DNA of 64,000 bases from an uncultured Acidobacteriota bacterium (GTDB taxonomy: Bacteria > Acidobacteriota > Thermoanaerobaculia > Multivoradales > JAHEKO01), in the NCBI GenBank assembly GCA_963713825.1, contig CAVQNG010000003.1, forward strand, positions 992,001 through 1,056,000, written 5' to 3'. Each line of letters opens with the position of its first letter. Position 1 is the stretch's first letter. The position numbers and the translations under genes were made by a program. A model generated the notes under the pieces. The model saw only the letters and a list, made by a program, of their open reading frames with translations. It was not told where the DNA came from and searched no databases. Positions 20,579 to 29,986 of the stretch are shown in pieces.

Positions 20579-22705
20579 CTATTCGGGGAGTCCGGACATC
20601 GACTCGAACACCTCGACCAGGTTGCCGTCGGCGTCGAAGGTGAAGATACTCTGAGCCGCGAGGTCACCGACCCAGACCCTACCGTCGGCTGCCCGGGCCA
20701 CGGAGAGCGGTTGCTGGAATTCAGGAATCGCAGCGAACAGCTCCGGCGGCGAGCAGCCGTCGGCATTTCGAGGGCAATTGACTTCGAGGACTCTCTTGCC
20801 GGTGGTGTCGATCAGCAAGAGGGAGGAATCGGCCTCAGAGAACTCCAGTTCGGAAACAGATCCGAGGTCGCTGGCCAGCAGCAGCGGAATCGGAGAATCC
20901 GAGCTCAGATCCACCAAGTGCAGAGTGCCAGCCTCTTGATCAGTGGCCAGGATACGGTTGCCGGCCCTGTCGAACACCATCTGGTCGAAGCCGATCGTGT
21001 CGTCGAAGCTGCTGAGCAGCTCGGGCTGGGGCTTCTTGGCAGTCATATCTGCAACGTAGAGCTCGCCCGGCCTGGCGAGGTAGACCAGGTGTTTGCCCGT
21101 ATCTACAGTCGCGGCAGTGAAGAGTAGATCGGAGTGGATTTCGGCCCACTCCAGGCTCTCCGATCCCACGAGACCGAAGTCGAAGGCGACCACATCGGTC
21201 TCGATCTTCGTCTTCTTTCCGTCCTGGACCGCTGCACTGGCAACGACGATTGCGCGCTCGCCTTCATAGAACACACCAATGACCGTTTCGGGCTGAATGA
21301 CCGCTGGGAGGCATGCGAGAGCGAACGGTCTGCTGTTGTCCTCACTCAGCAAGAAGAATCGTCGTGACCCCTCGAGAAAAGCCAGATCACCATTAGGCAG
21401 AGCGAACAGATCGATGGGTCTGACGCCGTCCTCTCGGACGATGAGGGTCCGCTCGGTCTTGTCCGAAGCGCCACTCAAGACCATTAGCGCTCGGATCATC
21501 TGGACCGTGTTGTAGGTGAAGATCTCGGAATGATCGCGGATCAACTCCGGCGGCGCCGGCATGATCCAGTAAGGGGTGTCGTTGTAGCTGAGCGGCAACT
21601 GCTGGATCGTGAACAGGTTCTCCTGGCCAGGGAACGTGTATCGATTTTCGCCCGTCTTCGGATCGACGGACAGCTCCAAGACCATCTGCGAGTCGTCCAC
21701 GGATCCCGCTTCGATCGAACCCGTGGTAGTGATGACATGGCTGAACAGCACCGGGTTGTGGCCCGCGGTCTTGGTGTAGAACTGCTTCTGCTCCGGTGCG
21801 GGACTGCAGTCGGTCAACTCATACTCGCGGAATTTCTTCGACCACCCTTTCATGCTCAGGGCCAGCGGATAGAGATGCCCGGTAGCCGTGTCTCCGGTCG
21901 ATGTCACCGAAACGATCAGCGGCGCTTCTCGTCGATTGCCTTCCGAGTCCTCGCGATAGAACTTCAAGCGATTGCGCTTCAGCATTGACACCATGCTCTT
22001 GGCCTGCATTGACTGCGAGGCGGGGTTGACCAGGATGACCATGTCGGCGGAGGGCTTCATCTCGGACCCCGAATTGAGGGTGTAGCCGACAACGGCCTGG
22101 CTGAGTGCGCTCTCGACAATCATGCCGCCGAAAGAGTGCCCGATCACGATCCCAACGGATTGAGGATTCTTCTTGGCGGTGTTCATCACCCGCAGAATCG
22201 CCTCTGTGGTCGACACACTGGCCACGCGCTGACCGGCCCCGCGCCGGGAGTAAAACGTCAACGGTTGAAGAAGCCCGACGTCGGTCGAGCGCCCCCGCCA
22301 ACTGAGATAGACGCCGATCAGGGCGACTTCGTCGGGGCCGTCGCCCCCTCGCTGTAGCAGCTGGCGGGTGGTGTTCAGCAGGCGCTGGAAGCCCTCGACG
22401 TTGTTGTCATCCTTGCGGTCCTCGCGCTGGGAAGCATCGTTTTGCCAGCCGTGTACGAACAACAGGACCACGGCGCTCTTGCCGCTGCTGTTGACCTCAT
22501 CGATCACCTGAATCGTGTGCTCGAGCTGGGCCGGCGCCCAGGGCTCGCCTTGATCGTCGAACTCGATGAAGGTGAGCGTGTAGTCGTCTTTCTCCTCGAC
22601 GCTCTTCGGCCGGTACATCTTGGCCGACACGCACCCGGTCAGGGCGACGACAAGAGCGAGCAGAAGGATGCGACTGGCCGCTGCTGGTATACCCGTTGAT
22701 CTCAT
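20579..22705 (-). CDS. Lipoprotein: alpha/beta-hydrolase-like N-domain plus beta-propeller-like C-domain
   Basis: Lipobox LTGC, FIEFDDQG, LFVHGW, GHSFGG nucleophile elbow. Repeated short beta-strand units in the C-half. Confidence 0.65.
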   Translation of the reverse strand: MRSTGIPAAASRILLLALVVALTGCVSAKMYRPKSVEEKDDYTLTFIEFDDQGEPWAPAQLEHTIQVIDEVNSSGKSAVVLLFVHGWQNDASQREDRKDDNNVEGFQRLLNTTRQLLQRGGDGPDEVALIGVYLSWRGRSTDVGLLQPLTFYSRRGAGQRVASVSTTEAILRVMNTAKKNPQSVGIVIGHSFGGMIVESALSQAVVGYTLNSGSEMKPSADMVILVNPASQSMQAKSMVSMLKRNRLKFYREDSEGNRREAPLIVSVTSTGDTATGHLYPLALSMKGWSKKFREYELTDCSPAPEQKQFYTKTAGHNPVLFSHVITTTGSIEAGSVDDSQMVLELSVDPKTGENRYTFPGQENLFTIQQLPLSYNDTPYWIMPAPPELIRDHSEIFTYNTVQMIRALMVLSGASDKTERTLIVREDGVRPIDLFALPNGDLAFLEGSRRFFLLSEDNSRPFALACLPAVIQPETVIGVFYEGERAIVVASAAVQDGKKTKIETDVVAFDFGLVGSESLEWAEIHSDLLFTAATVDTGKHLVYLARPGELYVADMTAKKPQPELLSSFDDTIGFDQMVFDRAGNRILATDQEAGTLHLVDLSSDSPIPLLLASDLGSVSELEFSEADSSLLLIDTTGKRVLEVNCPRNADGCSPPELFAAIPEFQQPLSVARAADGRVWVGDLAAQSIFTFDADGNLVEVFESMSGLPE

Positions 22706-22720
22706 CGCTCCTCTGTTCTC

Positions 22721-23224
22721 CTAGTTCATGAAATCTACCGCAGTAGCGGCAAACGATGCCGGAAAAGCGACGATAATCGTCCTCGTCGGCGTGAGGCCCA
22801 GATCGTCGAGAGGCGCCTTGTCCCACAGGAACAGCAGCGAGAGTGCGACCAGGAAGGTCACGAGGTAGGTCGACAAACAGCGCTTGAAGAAATGGCTCGG
22901 GAACTCCCTGATCCGCTGGCCATAGAACAGGGACCAGATGAACCCGGCCAGGATGATCAGAGAAACAGCGAAAATCGCGAGTGCCCGAAGGGGAGAGAAA
23001 TCCGCCGCCAGATTCCACACTTCCTCCGTCAGCGAGACGGGCAATGCCATCACAGCTGCGCCTGCGACGAGTTGCAGGAGGTCCTGCACGTGGAACTCGA
23101 CCTTGAGTGGGCCCGTGATCGTGGAAACTACGTTTCCGTCGTCGTCAAGCACATGGTGGATGAAGTGCAATCGGCCGTTGATTCGTTGCAGCTTCGGAGT
23201 GGCTGGCTTCTCGGTCTGACTCAT
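22721..23224 (-). CDS. DUF2391-like integral membrane protein
   Basis: Q..AGA..MALP..LTEEVWNLA and AFPASFAAT.VD; four TM segments. Confidence 0.7.
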   Translation of the reverse strand: MSQTEKPATPKLQRINGRLHFIHHVLDDDGNVVSTITGPLKVEFHVQDLLQLVAGAAVMALPVSLTEEVWNLAADFSPLRALAIFAVSLIILAGFIWSLFYGQRIREFPSHFFKRCLSTYLVTFLVALSLLFLWDKAPLDDLGLTPTRTIIVAFPASFAATAVDFMN

Positions 23225-23682
23225 GAGTTCTTTCCGTGGCCGATCTTCCAGCCGCGTTGGATCACGGCGAACAGCAAGGCGGTAGTCAGGCCGATGACTG
23301 TGATTCCGGCCATGCCTTCCATCGGACCCAGGAGCTGCCACTCTGGGCTGAGCGTCACGTCACCGTAGCCGAGCGTCGTGAAGGAGACCAGCGAGAAGTA
23401 GACTGCGTCGCCCGGGCTCGACAGCCCGGCCTGGGATGGCAGCACCCTATAGAGGAGTGCCCAGAGCCAGGCTTCGAAGAAGTGCAGGGTCAACAGCACC
23501 ATGCCGGTCGAGAGGATGTCGATCGTAAGGTGCAGCGTTCGCGCAGAGGACTTCCGGCTGGCATGCCATTTCCCGACGAAGCCGAGCCAGTGAGCCGAGC
23601 CAATGGCATGGACCGCCAGGGTTACCGCGATCATCAGGGTGCCGATCAGTATGACCCTCATGAGCTCAACTCCTATTCGCAT
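23221..23682 (-). CDS. Potassium channel family protein (Ion_trans_2)
   Basis: Selectivity filter YFSLVSFTTLGYGD. Confidence 0.85.
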   Translation of the reverse strand: MRIGVELMRVILIGTLMIAVTLAVHAIGSAHWLGFVGKWHASRKSSARTLHLTIDILSTGMVLLTLHFFEAWLWALLYRVLPSQAGLSSPGDAVYFSLVSFTTLGYGDVTLSPEWQLLGPMEGMAGITVIGLTTALLFAVIQRGWKIGHGKNS

Positions 23683-23703
23683 CGGCCCGACACAGGATCG
23701 GAC

Positions 23704-25305
23704 CTACAGTTTTTTCTTGAGCTTCTTCTCAACCTTCATCAGTTTTTCTCTGTCGATCTCGGCGGCCTCATCCGGGTCCGGTTCGGGTTCTTCCGTACCT
23801 CGCGCGACGGCCACCCGGTGGCGAATCGAGGCAGCAAGACACAGGACAGCACTCGCGGCTACCGTGAGCCACAGCCGGCTCGGGGAGGCCATCATTAGCG
23901 CCATGCCCACCAATGGTGCCACCAGCACCGGACCGATGGTGAAGTAGTGCGGAACCGGAGGGCCGGAGCGCGCAGCGAACGCGAACAGGAGTGCCAGACT
24001 GAGGGCAGCCAGCAAGAAGGGAATGAAATTCAGCCAGCCAGCTCCCCGATCGAGTATCAACAGCGGTGCAGCGAAGTGGGAGCAGGTCCCCATGGCAACC
24101 AGGGCGAAGATCGTACCCACCGCTCTGGCGCCTCTGGAGCCTGGCACGATGTCGGTCAGGCGGGCTTGCCCGATCCAGGCCATCGATCCACCGCCGAGGA
24201 TGACGAGCAACCCGAGTGCCCCTGGCCACCACAACCCAGCCACTGCCAGGGCGCTGGCATCCGGGATGAACTTCCTCAGGATGATGATCACGGCAATGGC
24301 GAAGATCCTGCCGAACAGGAAGAGTGCGGCGCCGATAACCAGCCTGGAGAAGATCTTGAACGGCTGACCGCGTCGCCATTTCACGGATGCGGCCCAGGCC
24401 AGCGCCAAGACAAAAAGCGCCAGTTGGACCATGAGGATGGTTCGATACTGGTCTCTTCGGTCCCGTGCCGAACCGACAACAGTGAAGCTCTCGATGCGGA
24501 CCATCAAGGGGGCGTCGACAGGGCTTCCCTGGATTACCGCTCCTGGTTGGAAGTAGTCTCCATGAATCGTCTGGACATGGGCGTCCTCGAGCTCCACCGA
24601 TTGACCGATGGTCAGTACCAGGAGGCTGACAGCGTCTAGTGCGGTCGCGATGCGATCGATGAGCTGAGGCTCGAACTCGCCGCGATCGAACGCCGCCAGA
24701 TCCTCGGGACCGAGGGTTGTGACCAGTGTCTTGCGATTGTAGGGTGTCGACCGTCCATCTCGCAGCAACTCCTCGGAGGCGACATTCTCGAGATGCCGAT
24801 TCGGTGGAGAGCTCCTGAAGACGACATAGGGGTGACGGTACTCGTCAAGCAGATCGGCGACTTTGCGCGTGGCTGCCATCACGGCCGCCTCGTCCGGTGC
24901 GTGAAAGACCTGCTCGGTGAACACGAACCCTTCGTCAGCGAGGAGCCAAGGCACGGTCAGGCGCGCTAGTGGAAACACCCCGAAGAATCGGTCCTCATAG
25001 AGCTCGAAAAGGTCCTCGAGATCCTCTCGCACCGCCGCGAGCTCCAGGGTCAGCTCGGCTTCGTCTGATGTCGAGAGGTCGGCCTTGGCTAGTCGATTCT
25101 CTGCCTCACCGAGCAGAATTTCTGCCTCTTCGAAGGAACGGCTCGCACCCATTTCGGCTACACCCAACCGCATCAAGGCGTCAGCTCGAGCGGCCAGGTC
25201 GCGCACTTCTGACGCCTCGGAGGCAAGGACGGGCGCGACGAAGAGCGGGGAACTACACAAGGAAATACAGACGATGCGACAGAACCTGTCGATTCTCATG
25301 ACCAC
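23704..25305 (-). CDS. Hypothetical membrane protein (periplasmic N-domain, multi-TM C-half)
   Basis: 533-aa ORF with a signal peptide and about 7 hydrophobic segments. No family recognised. Confidence 0.6.
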   Translation of the reverse strand: MVMRIDRFCRIVCISLCSSPLFVAPVLASEASEVRDLAARADALMRLGVAEMGASRSFEEAEILLGEAENRLAKADLSTSDEAELTLELAAVREDLEDLFELYEDRFFGVFPLARLTVPWLLADEGFVFTEQVFHAPDEAAVMAATRKVADLLDEYRHPYVVFRSSPPNRHLENVASEELLRDGRSTPYNRKTLVTTLGPEDLAAFDRGEFEPQLIDRIATALDAVSLLVLTIGQSVELEDAHVQTIHGDYFQPGAVIQGSPVDAPLMVRIESFTVVGSARDRRDQYRTILMVQLALFVLALAWAASVKWRRGQPFKIFSRLVIGAALFLFGRIFAIAVIIILRKFIPDASALAVAGLWWPGALGLLVILGGGSMAWIGQARLTDIVPGSRGARAVGTIFALVAMGTCSHFAAPLLILDRGAGWLNFIPFLLAALSLALLFAFAARSGPPVPHYFTIGPVLVAPLVGMALMMASPSRLWLTVAASAVLCLAASIRHRVAVARGTEEPEPDPDEAAEIDREKLMKVEKKLKKKL

Positions 25306-25477
25306 CCTCCCTGCCAGCTAGAAAGCCAGCCGCATGCTCAGCACACTACCGACCCAGAGCGTGCTCTTCAAGTCGGTTGGTCATGTCCGGTAGAGTAATG
25401 CGATTGGTTCGATCCGCCTATTGGGAGAAGAGATGGCATCTAGACCTTTGAATCCATCTGTCGTTACCGCGAGCTTC

Positions 25478-26238
25478 ATGAGTATCCTGGCGAATCGATC
25501 AGCTGTGGCGCTCGGAGTTGCAAGCGGCGTGATCACTCTCCTCGCTGGCCCCTCGGCGGGCGGCTTGGCTGCGCAGGACAAAACCACGGAGCATGTCGAG
25601 ACAATCGTGGGAGATAGTGACACGGCCGAACTGGCCAAGGCTTCGCAGAACCCTGTTGGGAGTTTGATCTCTTTGCCACTGCAGAACAACACCAACTGCG
25701 GATATGGACCCGGGGACGATGTTCAGAACATCCTCAACATCCAGCCAGTCATTCCGGTAAGCCTGAGCAAGAAGTGGAATCTGATCAATCGGACCATTAT
25801 TCCCGTGATGTATCAGCCCGAAGTTGTCACGGGTAGTGGGAGCACGACCGGAATTGGGGATACCAGCTACACCGGCTTCATCTCACCGCGAGAGCCCGGT
25901 ACGCTGATCTGGGGTGCGGGGCCCGTGATCTCGATTCCCACCCGGACCGATGACGCCCTGGGTAGCGGCGAGTGGGCTGCTGGGCCAAGTGTGGTGCTCT
26001 TGGCCATGCCCGGGTCGTGGGTCACTGGCATCCTGATGTCGAACCTCTGGTCCTTCGATAGCGATTCCACCGTGAACTTCTTTTTGAGTCAGGTTTTCGC
26101 CAACTACAACATGGACAAGGGCTGGTTCCTGACTTCGCAACCCATCATTACGGCCAATTGAGAGGCGGCGAGTGGGGAGCAGTGGACGGTGCCGATTGGC
26201 AGCTACGGGTCCAGTTCACATTCCTGTTTCCGAAGTAG
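25478..26238 (+). pseudogene. Outer-membrane beta-barrel-like protein ('neuromedin U'-annotated family) with nonsense codon and internal deletion
   Basis: LAKASQNPVGSLISLPLQNN and LNIQPVIP. ITAN-TGA(26159)-EAASGEQWTVPIG is followed directly by WQLRVQFTFLFPK* in another frame. Confidence 0.7.
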
Positions 26239-26531
26239 GGTGCTGGCCCACCAGGGGATCCTAGCCAGCGAACAGTTGTACGACGTCAACCCCGTCTGTG
26301 CCTTGCGGTGTTCGGCCTCGAGTTTCAAGAACTCCCACACCCGCCCCGTCGCTGACCAACGAAGATCTGTAGGCACGACGCGAGGGCTTCCTGGCCTCAG
26401 CCGTCGACAACAACTTCAAGGCCCACGAGCTTGGGCAAGTGCAATACGAAATCGGCAAGATCGATCTGCTGAGCCTCCTGCAGATGCAACCCCGCTGAAT
26501 AGGTTCCGCCAAGGCACCGTTAGTTGTGTCC

Positions 26532-26588
26532 ACCTAATAAGTAGGTTAATATACCTAGAAATTAGGTTTCGTCACCTAATAAACGGGT
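26532..26588. promoter_or_regulatory. Three tandem ACCTA-N5-TAGGT operator sites at 21-bp spacing
   Basis: Sites start at 26532, 26553 and 26574 (third has a degenerate right half, CGGGT). AT-rich and upstream of a wHTH gene. Confidence 0.7.
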
Positions 26589-26622
26589 AAATAAGACAGC
26601 TCTGTTGACGGTTTGTAGAGTC

Positions 26623-26982
26623 ATGGACACCGTGAAAGAAGCGACGATCTCGGAGGCGCCTCTCTTTGGGCTGTTCGGAAGCAAAGCCGCCTATCAGGTT
26701 CTGATGTATCTCGAGAACTACGGTCAGGGCTACGCGGCCGAGATCGCCAGAACATTCGGCATGTCGCTAAGCCAGGTTCAGAACCAGCTTCGCAAGTTCG
26801 AGGAGCTCGGTCTGTTTGTCAGTCGGAAAGAGGGTACAGCCCGCGTCTATTATTTCAATCGTAATCCGATCGCCGACACGCTCCGTGAGTTCCTTCGCTC
26901 GGTACTCGATCGTCTGCCGGATGCGACGATTCAGAAGTTCTATCGAGAGCGCAAGAGGCCTAGACGGTACGACAAGAGGTAG
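26623..26982 (+). CDS. Winged-helix (ArsR-like) regulator / putative antitoxin
   Basis: LFGSKAAYQVLMYL..YAAEIARTFGMSLSQVQNQLRKFEELGLFVSRKEG..RVYYFN. Confidence 0.75.
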   Translation: MDTVKEATISEAPLFGLFGSKAAYQVLMYLENYGQGYAAEIARTFGMSLSQVQNQLRKFEELGLFVSRKEGTARVYYFNRNPIADTLREFLRSVLDRLPDATIQKFYRERKRPRRYDKR

Positions 26983-27012
26983 AGGGGTCGGAGAGGGCGA
27001 GCAGGCAGCTTC

Positions 27013-27630
27013 GTGACGAGTCGAACGAGTATCACTGAAGAGACCACGATGATCGAGCTGGCCGCTCGGGTCTCCGAGGAGTTGGAAGCGGCAGGCATTC
27101 TCGCAACGCTTTCGGGGGGCAGCGCTGTGTCTGTCTATACCGAGAATCGATACCAGTCCGAGGACCTGGACTTCGTCACGTCAGCCTTGCTGGACGAGCT
27201 CAAACCGGTTCTCGAGGCCCTGGGGTTCGTCCACACAGGGAGTCCGCGCCTGTCCGTATTCGAGCACCCAGCCACGAGGTGGTACTTGGAGTTCCCACCT
27301 GCACCGTTAAGCTTTGGTGGCACCTACGTCGACTCATCGAAGTGTGCAGTGCTTTCGACACCGGCGGGAAACGTGCGCATCATCACCCCAACGCTCTCGG
27401 TTATGGACCGGCTTATCGCAGCTGCCTCGTGGCAAGACGCTCAATCTCTCGAACAGGCGGTGCTCGTGGCGACCCATCAGTCCGAAAACATCGACTGGGA
27501 CCAGATCGACACCTGGGTGGTCGCTGAAGGAGTCACCAACGCGCGGGAGGTGATCGAGTTCTACAGAGCCGTTTTGCGATCTCCGTCGACAGGCCAAGGG
27601 ACAAGAGACGGCCAGCGCTTGGGAGAATGA
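27013..27630 (+). CDS. Pol-beta-type nucleotidyltransferase (DUF6036-like, putative toxin)
   Basis: LSGGSAVSVYT..YQSEDLDFV. Confidence 0.7.
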   Translation: MTSRTSITEETTMIELAARVSEELEAAGILATLSGGSAVSVYTENRYQSEDLDFVTSALLDELKPVLEALGFVHTGSPRLSVFEHPATRWYLEFPPAPLSFGGTYVDSSKCAVLSTPAGNVRIITPTLSVMDRLIAAASWQDAQSLEQAVLVATHQSENIDWDQIDTWVVAEGVTNAREVIEFYRAVLRSPSTGQGTRDGQRLGE

Positions 27631-27642
27631 GCGATTCCCGCT

Positions 27643-28260
27643 ATGACCACACAAGTGTTCGAGGTGTTCTCCGACTACATATGACCGTGGTGCTATCTCA
27701 GTACCGTGCGTATTGAACGGATCCGGGAGACCTTCGACGTCGACCTGAAGATCACCCAGTTTCCCCTCCATCCGGACACACCTCCCGAAGGGATGACCCT
27801 GGAGCAGCTGTTCAGAGGTCGGTCGTTCGACCTCGAGGCAGCACAGGAACGGCTCGTGACCTTGATGGCGGGACAGGGACTGCCCTATGGCAGGCGTACC
27901 CATACCTATAACAGTCGGCTGGCGCAGGAGCTGGCCAAATGGGCCGAGCTCCAGCCGGGCGGTGAAGCCATTCACGATACTCTGTTCAGGGCCTACTTTG
28001 TCGACGGGATCAATTTGGCCCGGGTCGACAAGCTGGTGCAGATCGCGGGTTCGGTCGGTCTGTCGGAAGAGGAGGCTGGCGAAGCGCTTGAGAGCCACTC
28101 CTTTGCAGCCAGCGTCGACGACGATTGGCGCCGAGCCTCCGAGTTGGGCATCACCGGTGTGCCGACCTTTGTGATCAACGGTCGTGGAGTGGTCGGTGCC
28201 CAGCCGTACGACACCCTGGAGCAGCTGGTAACGCAGAATGGTGCCGAAAGACGCCCGTAG
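27643..28260 (+). CDS. DsbA/FrnE family oxidoreductase, selenoprotein (UGA at 27682 read as Sec; UxxC)
   Basis: ATG 27643 reads MTTQVFEVFSDYI-TGA-PWCYLS in frame with ORF 27706, which has FPLHPDTP, LFRAYF, GITGVPTF and GAQPY. Confidence 0.85.
27685..27720 (+). promoter_or_regulatory. Putative bacterial SECIS element
   Basis: Upper stem TCAGTAC/GTATTGA (one G-U pair); loop CGTGC begins 20 nt after the UGA with G at position 2; lower stem CCGT/ACGG. Confidence 0.7.
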
Positions 28261-28418
28261 AAGGAGGGGCGAGATTCGGCCGGCAGCTGTAGAGGACCGC
28301 AGCCGCGCCCAGTTGAGGAGGCCTGAGTGCAACCACGACTCCAGGCCTCACCTAACAGTGAAAAAGAGTCTGCCCGAGGACTTCAAGCCCAAGACAGCGT
28401 GATAGCCTGATTGCAGTC

Positions 28419-28688
28419 ATGAGCAAGTTGCGAGAAGCGCTTTCCGACACCGACCCGAGCTCCGAGTTGGTTCGCATCAGGATCCTTCGGGAGATGCCTC
28501 CTCGCCGCAAGATCGAGCTGGTAGAAGACGCGAATCGGACCAGTCGTCTTCTGGCACTTGCCGGAATCAGGGCCCGCCATCCGGAGCTTTCGGTCGAACA
28601 GCAGCAACGCAAGTTGATGGATCTGGTTCTGGGTAGAGAGTTAGCCGAACAGGTCTATGGTTCCAACGCAGAACCGGCAGTCCAATGA
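28419..28688 (+). CDS. Small putative antitoxin partner
   Basis: DT.P..E..RI.ILREMPP.RK..AGIRARHPE; ATGA overlap with the downstream NTase. Confidence 0.65.
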   Translation: MSKLREALSDTDPSSELVRIRILREMPPRRKIELVEDANRTSRLLALAGIRARHPELSVEQQQRKLMDLVLGRELAEQVYGSNAEPAVQ

Positions 28689-29269
28689 CACCCAACGATC
28701 CGGAGGCCCTGCAGGTCGCCTTCCTGGTGTTCGACGTGCTCGACGCACTCGGTCGTCGATACCACCTGGGGGGCTCCTATGCCAGCTCGATTCACGGCAT
28801 ACCGAGGCAAACTCAGGACATCGACATCGTTTGCGACCTGCAACCAGGTGATGCTGAACGTCTGGCAACTAAATTCGCCGAAGACTTCTATTGCGATCGA
28901 GATCGCATTGCACAGGCCATCTCCAAACATGCCTCATTCAATCTCGTGCACCTGAAGACGGGCGTCAAGATCGACCTCTTTCCAAAGGGCAACGATCGCT
29001 ATGACAGCGAGGAGCTCGAGCGTAGCCAGATGCTAGAGCTGGGCGAGCCATCCCGAGCAGTCCCTGTCAAGACGGCCGAGGACACGATCCTGCGAAAGCT
29101 CGAGTGGTATCGACAGGGCGGTGAGGTCTCCGATCGTCAATGGGGGGATGTCCTCGGCATCCTGCGCACCCAGGAGGATCGACTGAATCTCGACTATCTT
29201 CGGTCCCGATCCCAGAATTTGAAGGTCGAGGATTTGCTGGCGAGAGCCCTCGAAGAGATCGAGGGATAG
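28685..29269 (+). CDS. Nucleotidyltransferase (putative toxin)
   Basis: LGGSYASSIHGIPRQTQDIDIV and AEDTILRKLEWY..SDRQW.DV. Confidence 0.75.
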   Translation: MTPNDPEALQVAFLVFDVLDALGRRYHLGGSYASSIHGIPRQTQDIDIVCDLQPGDAERLATKFAEDFYCDRDRIAQAISKHASFNLVHLKTGVKIDLFPKGNDRYDSEELERSQMLELGEPSRAVPVKTAEDTILRKLEWYRQGGEVSDRQWGDVLGILRTQEDRLNLDYLRSRSQNLKVEDLLARALEEIEG

Positions 29270-29551
29270 GGCTTTCAATTCGGCACTGCCGATCAAGACG
29301 TGCTTCCATTCGGGGCGGCGTTCCTCAGTCCGCATCTCAGCGCCTGGATCTGGCCCCTCTTTTTCATACCTGCAGAGGCGGTGACACGACGAAATCGGCA
29401 ACTTCCCAAGGAAGTGCTTTCACCTTTGGCACACAATGGCCGGTTTCGCAGAAGATCGGCGGGTAACATGGGCGCTGTCGTTCAACACGTGTCCCCACCT
29501 TGGGGTGCACGCCAGGCGCTGCTGACAGCGCCGATTCAAGAGGAGTCGAGA

Positions 29552-29911
29552 ATGGACTACTCAGAGATCAAGACCAAGCTACTCGACAAACAGCGTGAGC
29601 TTTCCAATCGACTGAAAGCGACCCAAGCGACGGAGGGGCACGAGGTCAGGGACGGCCTGGACTCCAACGCTCAGCTGTGGGAGGTCCCAGAGGTCCGGGA
29701 CGGCCTGGACAACGAGGGCGCTACAGAGCTGAACCAGGTCAACGACGCGCTGGCCCGCCTCGATGCGGGGGAGTACGGTAACTGCAAGTCGTGCGGCAAC
29801 CCGATCGGCGAGATCCGGCTGGAAGCCATGCCCTTCGCCACGCTGTGCATCGACTGCGCCGAGGGTGAGGAAGAGTTGAACAAGGAGGCACTGGATCCCG
29901 ATGAGTATTGA
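29552..29911 (+). CDS. TraR/DksA C4-type zinc finger protein
   Basis: ALARLDAGEYGNCKSCG.PI...RLEAMPFATLCIDCA. Confidence 0.88.
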   Translation: MDYSEIKTKLLDKQRELSNRLKATQATEGHEVRDGLDSNAQLWEVPEVRDGLDNEGATELNQVNDALARLDAGEYGNCKSCGNPIGEIRLEAMPFATLCIDCAEGEEELNKEALDPDEY

Positions 29912-29986
29912 TGCCAAGCACGAAGTGGTAGCGATTTTGGACTTTCTCAAGCGGGCCGGGGTGACACCGGAATCTGAGGTGTAGCC

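Noticed and set aside
26159-26161. TGA as Trp recoding or Sec
   Set aside because: Trp is TGG elsewhere and many genes end in TGA. The position is not a Cys site, and the gene also carries a deletion.
26240-26530. Integrase or IS remnant beside the TA pair
   Set aside because: The translations I examined show no recombinase or transposase motif.
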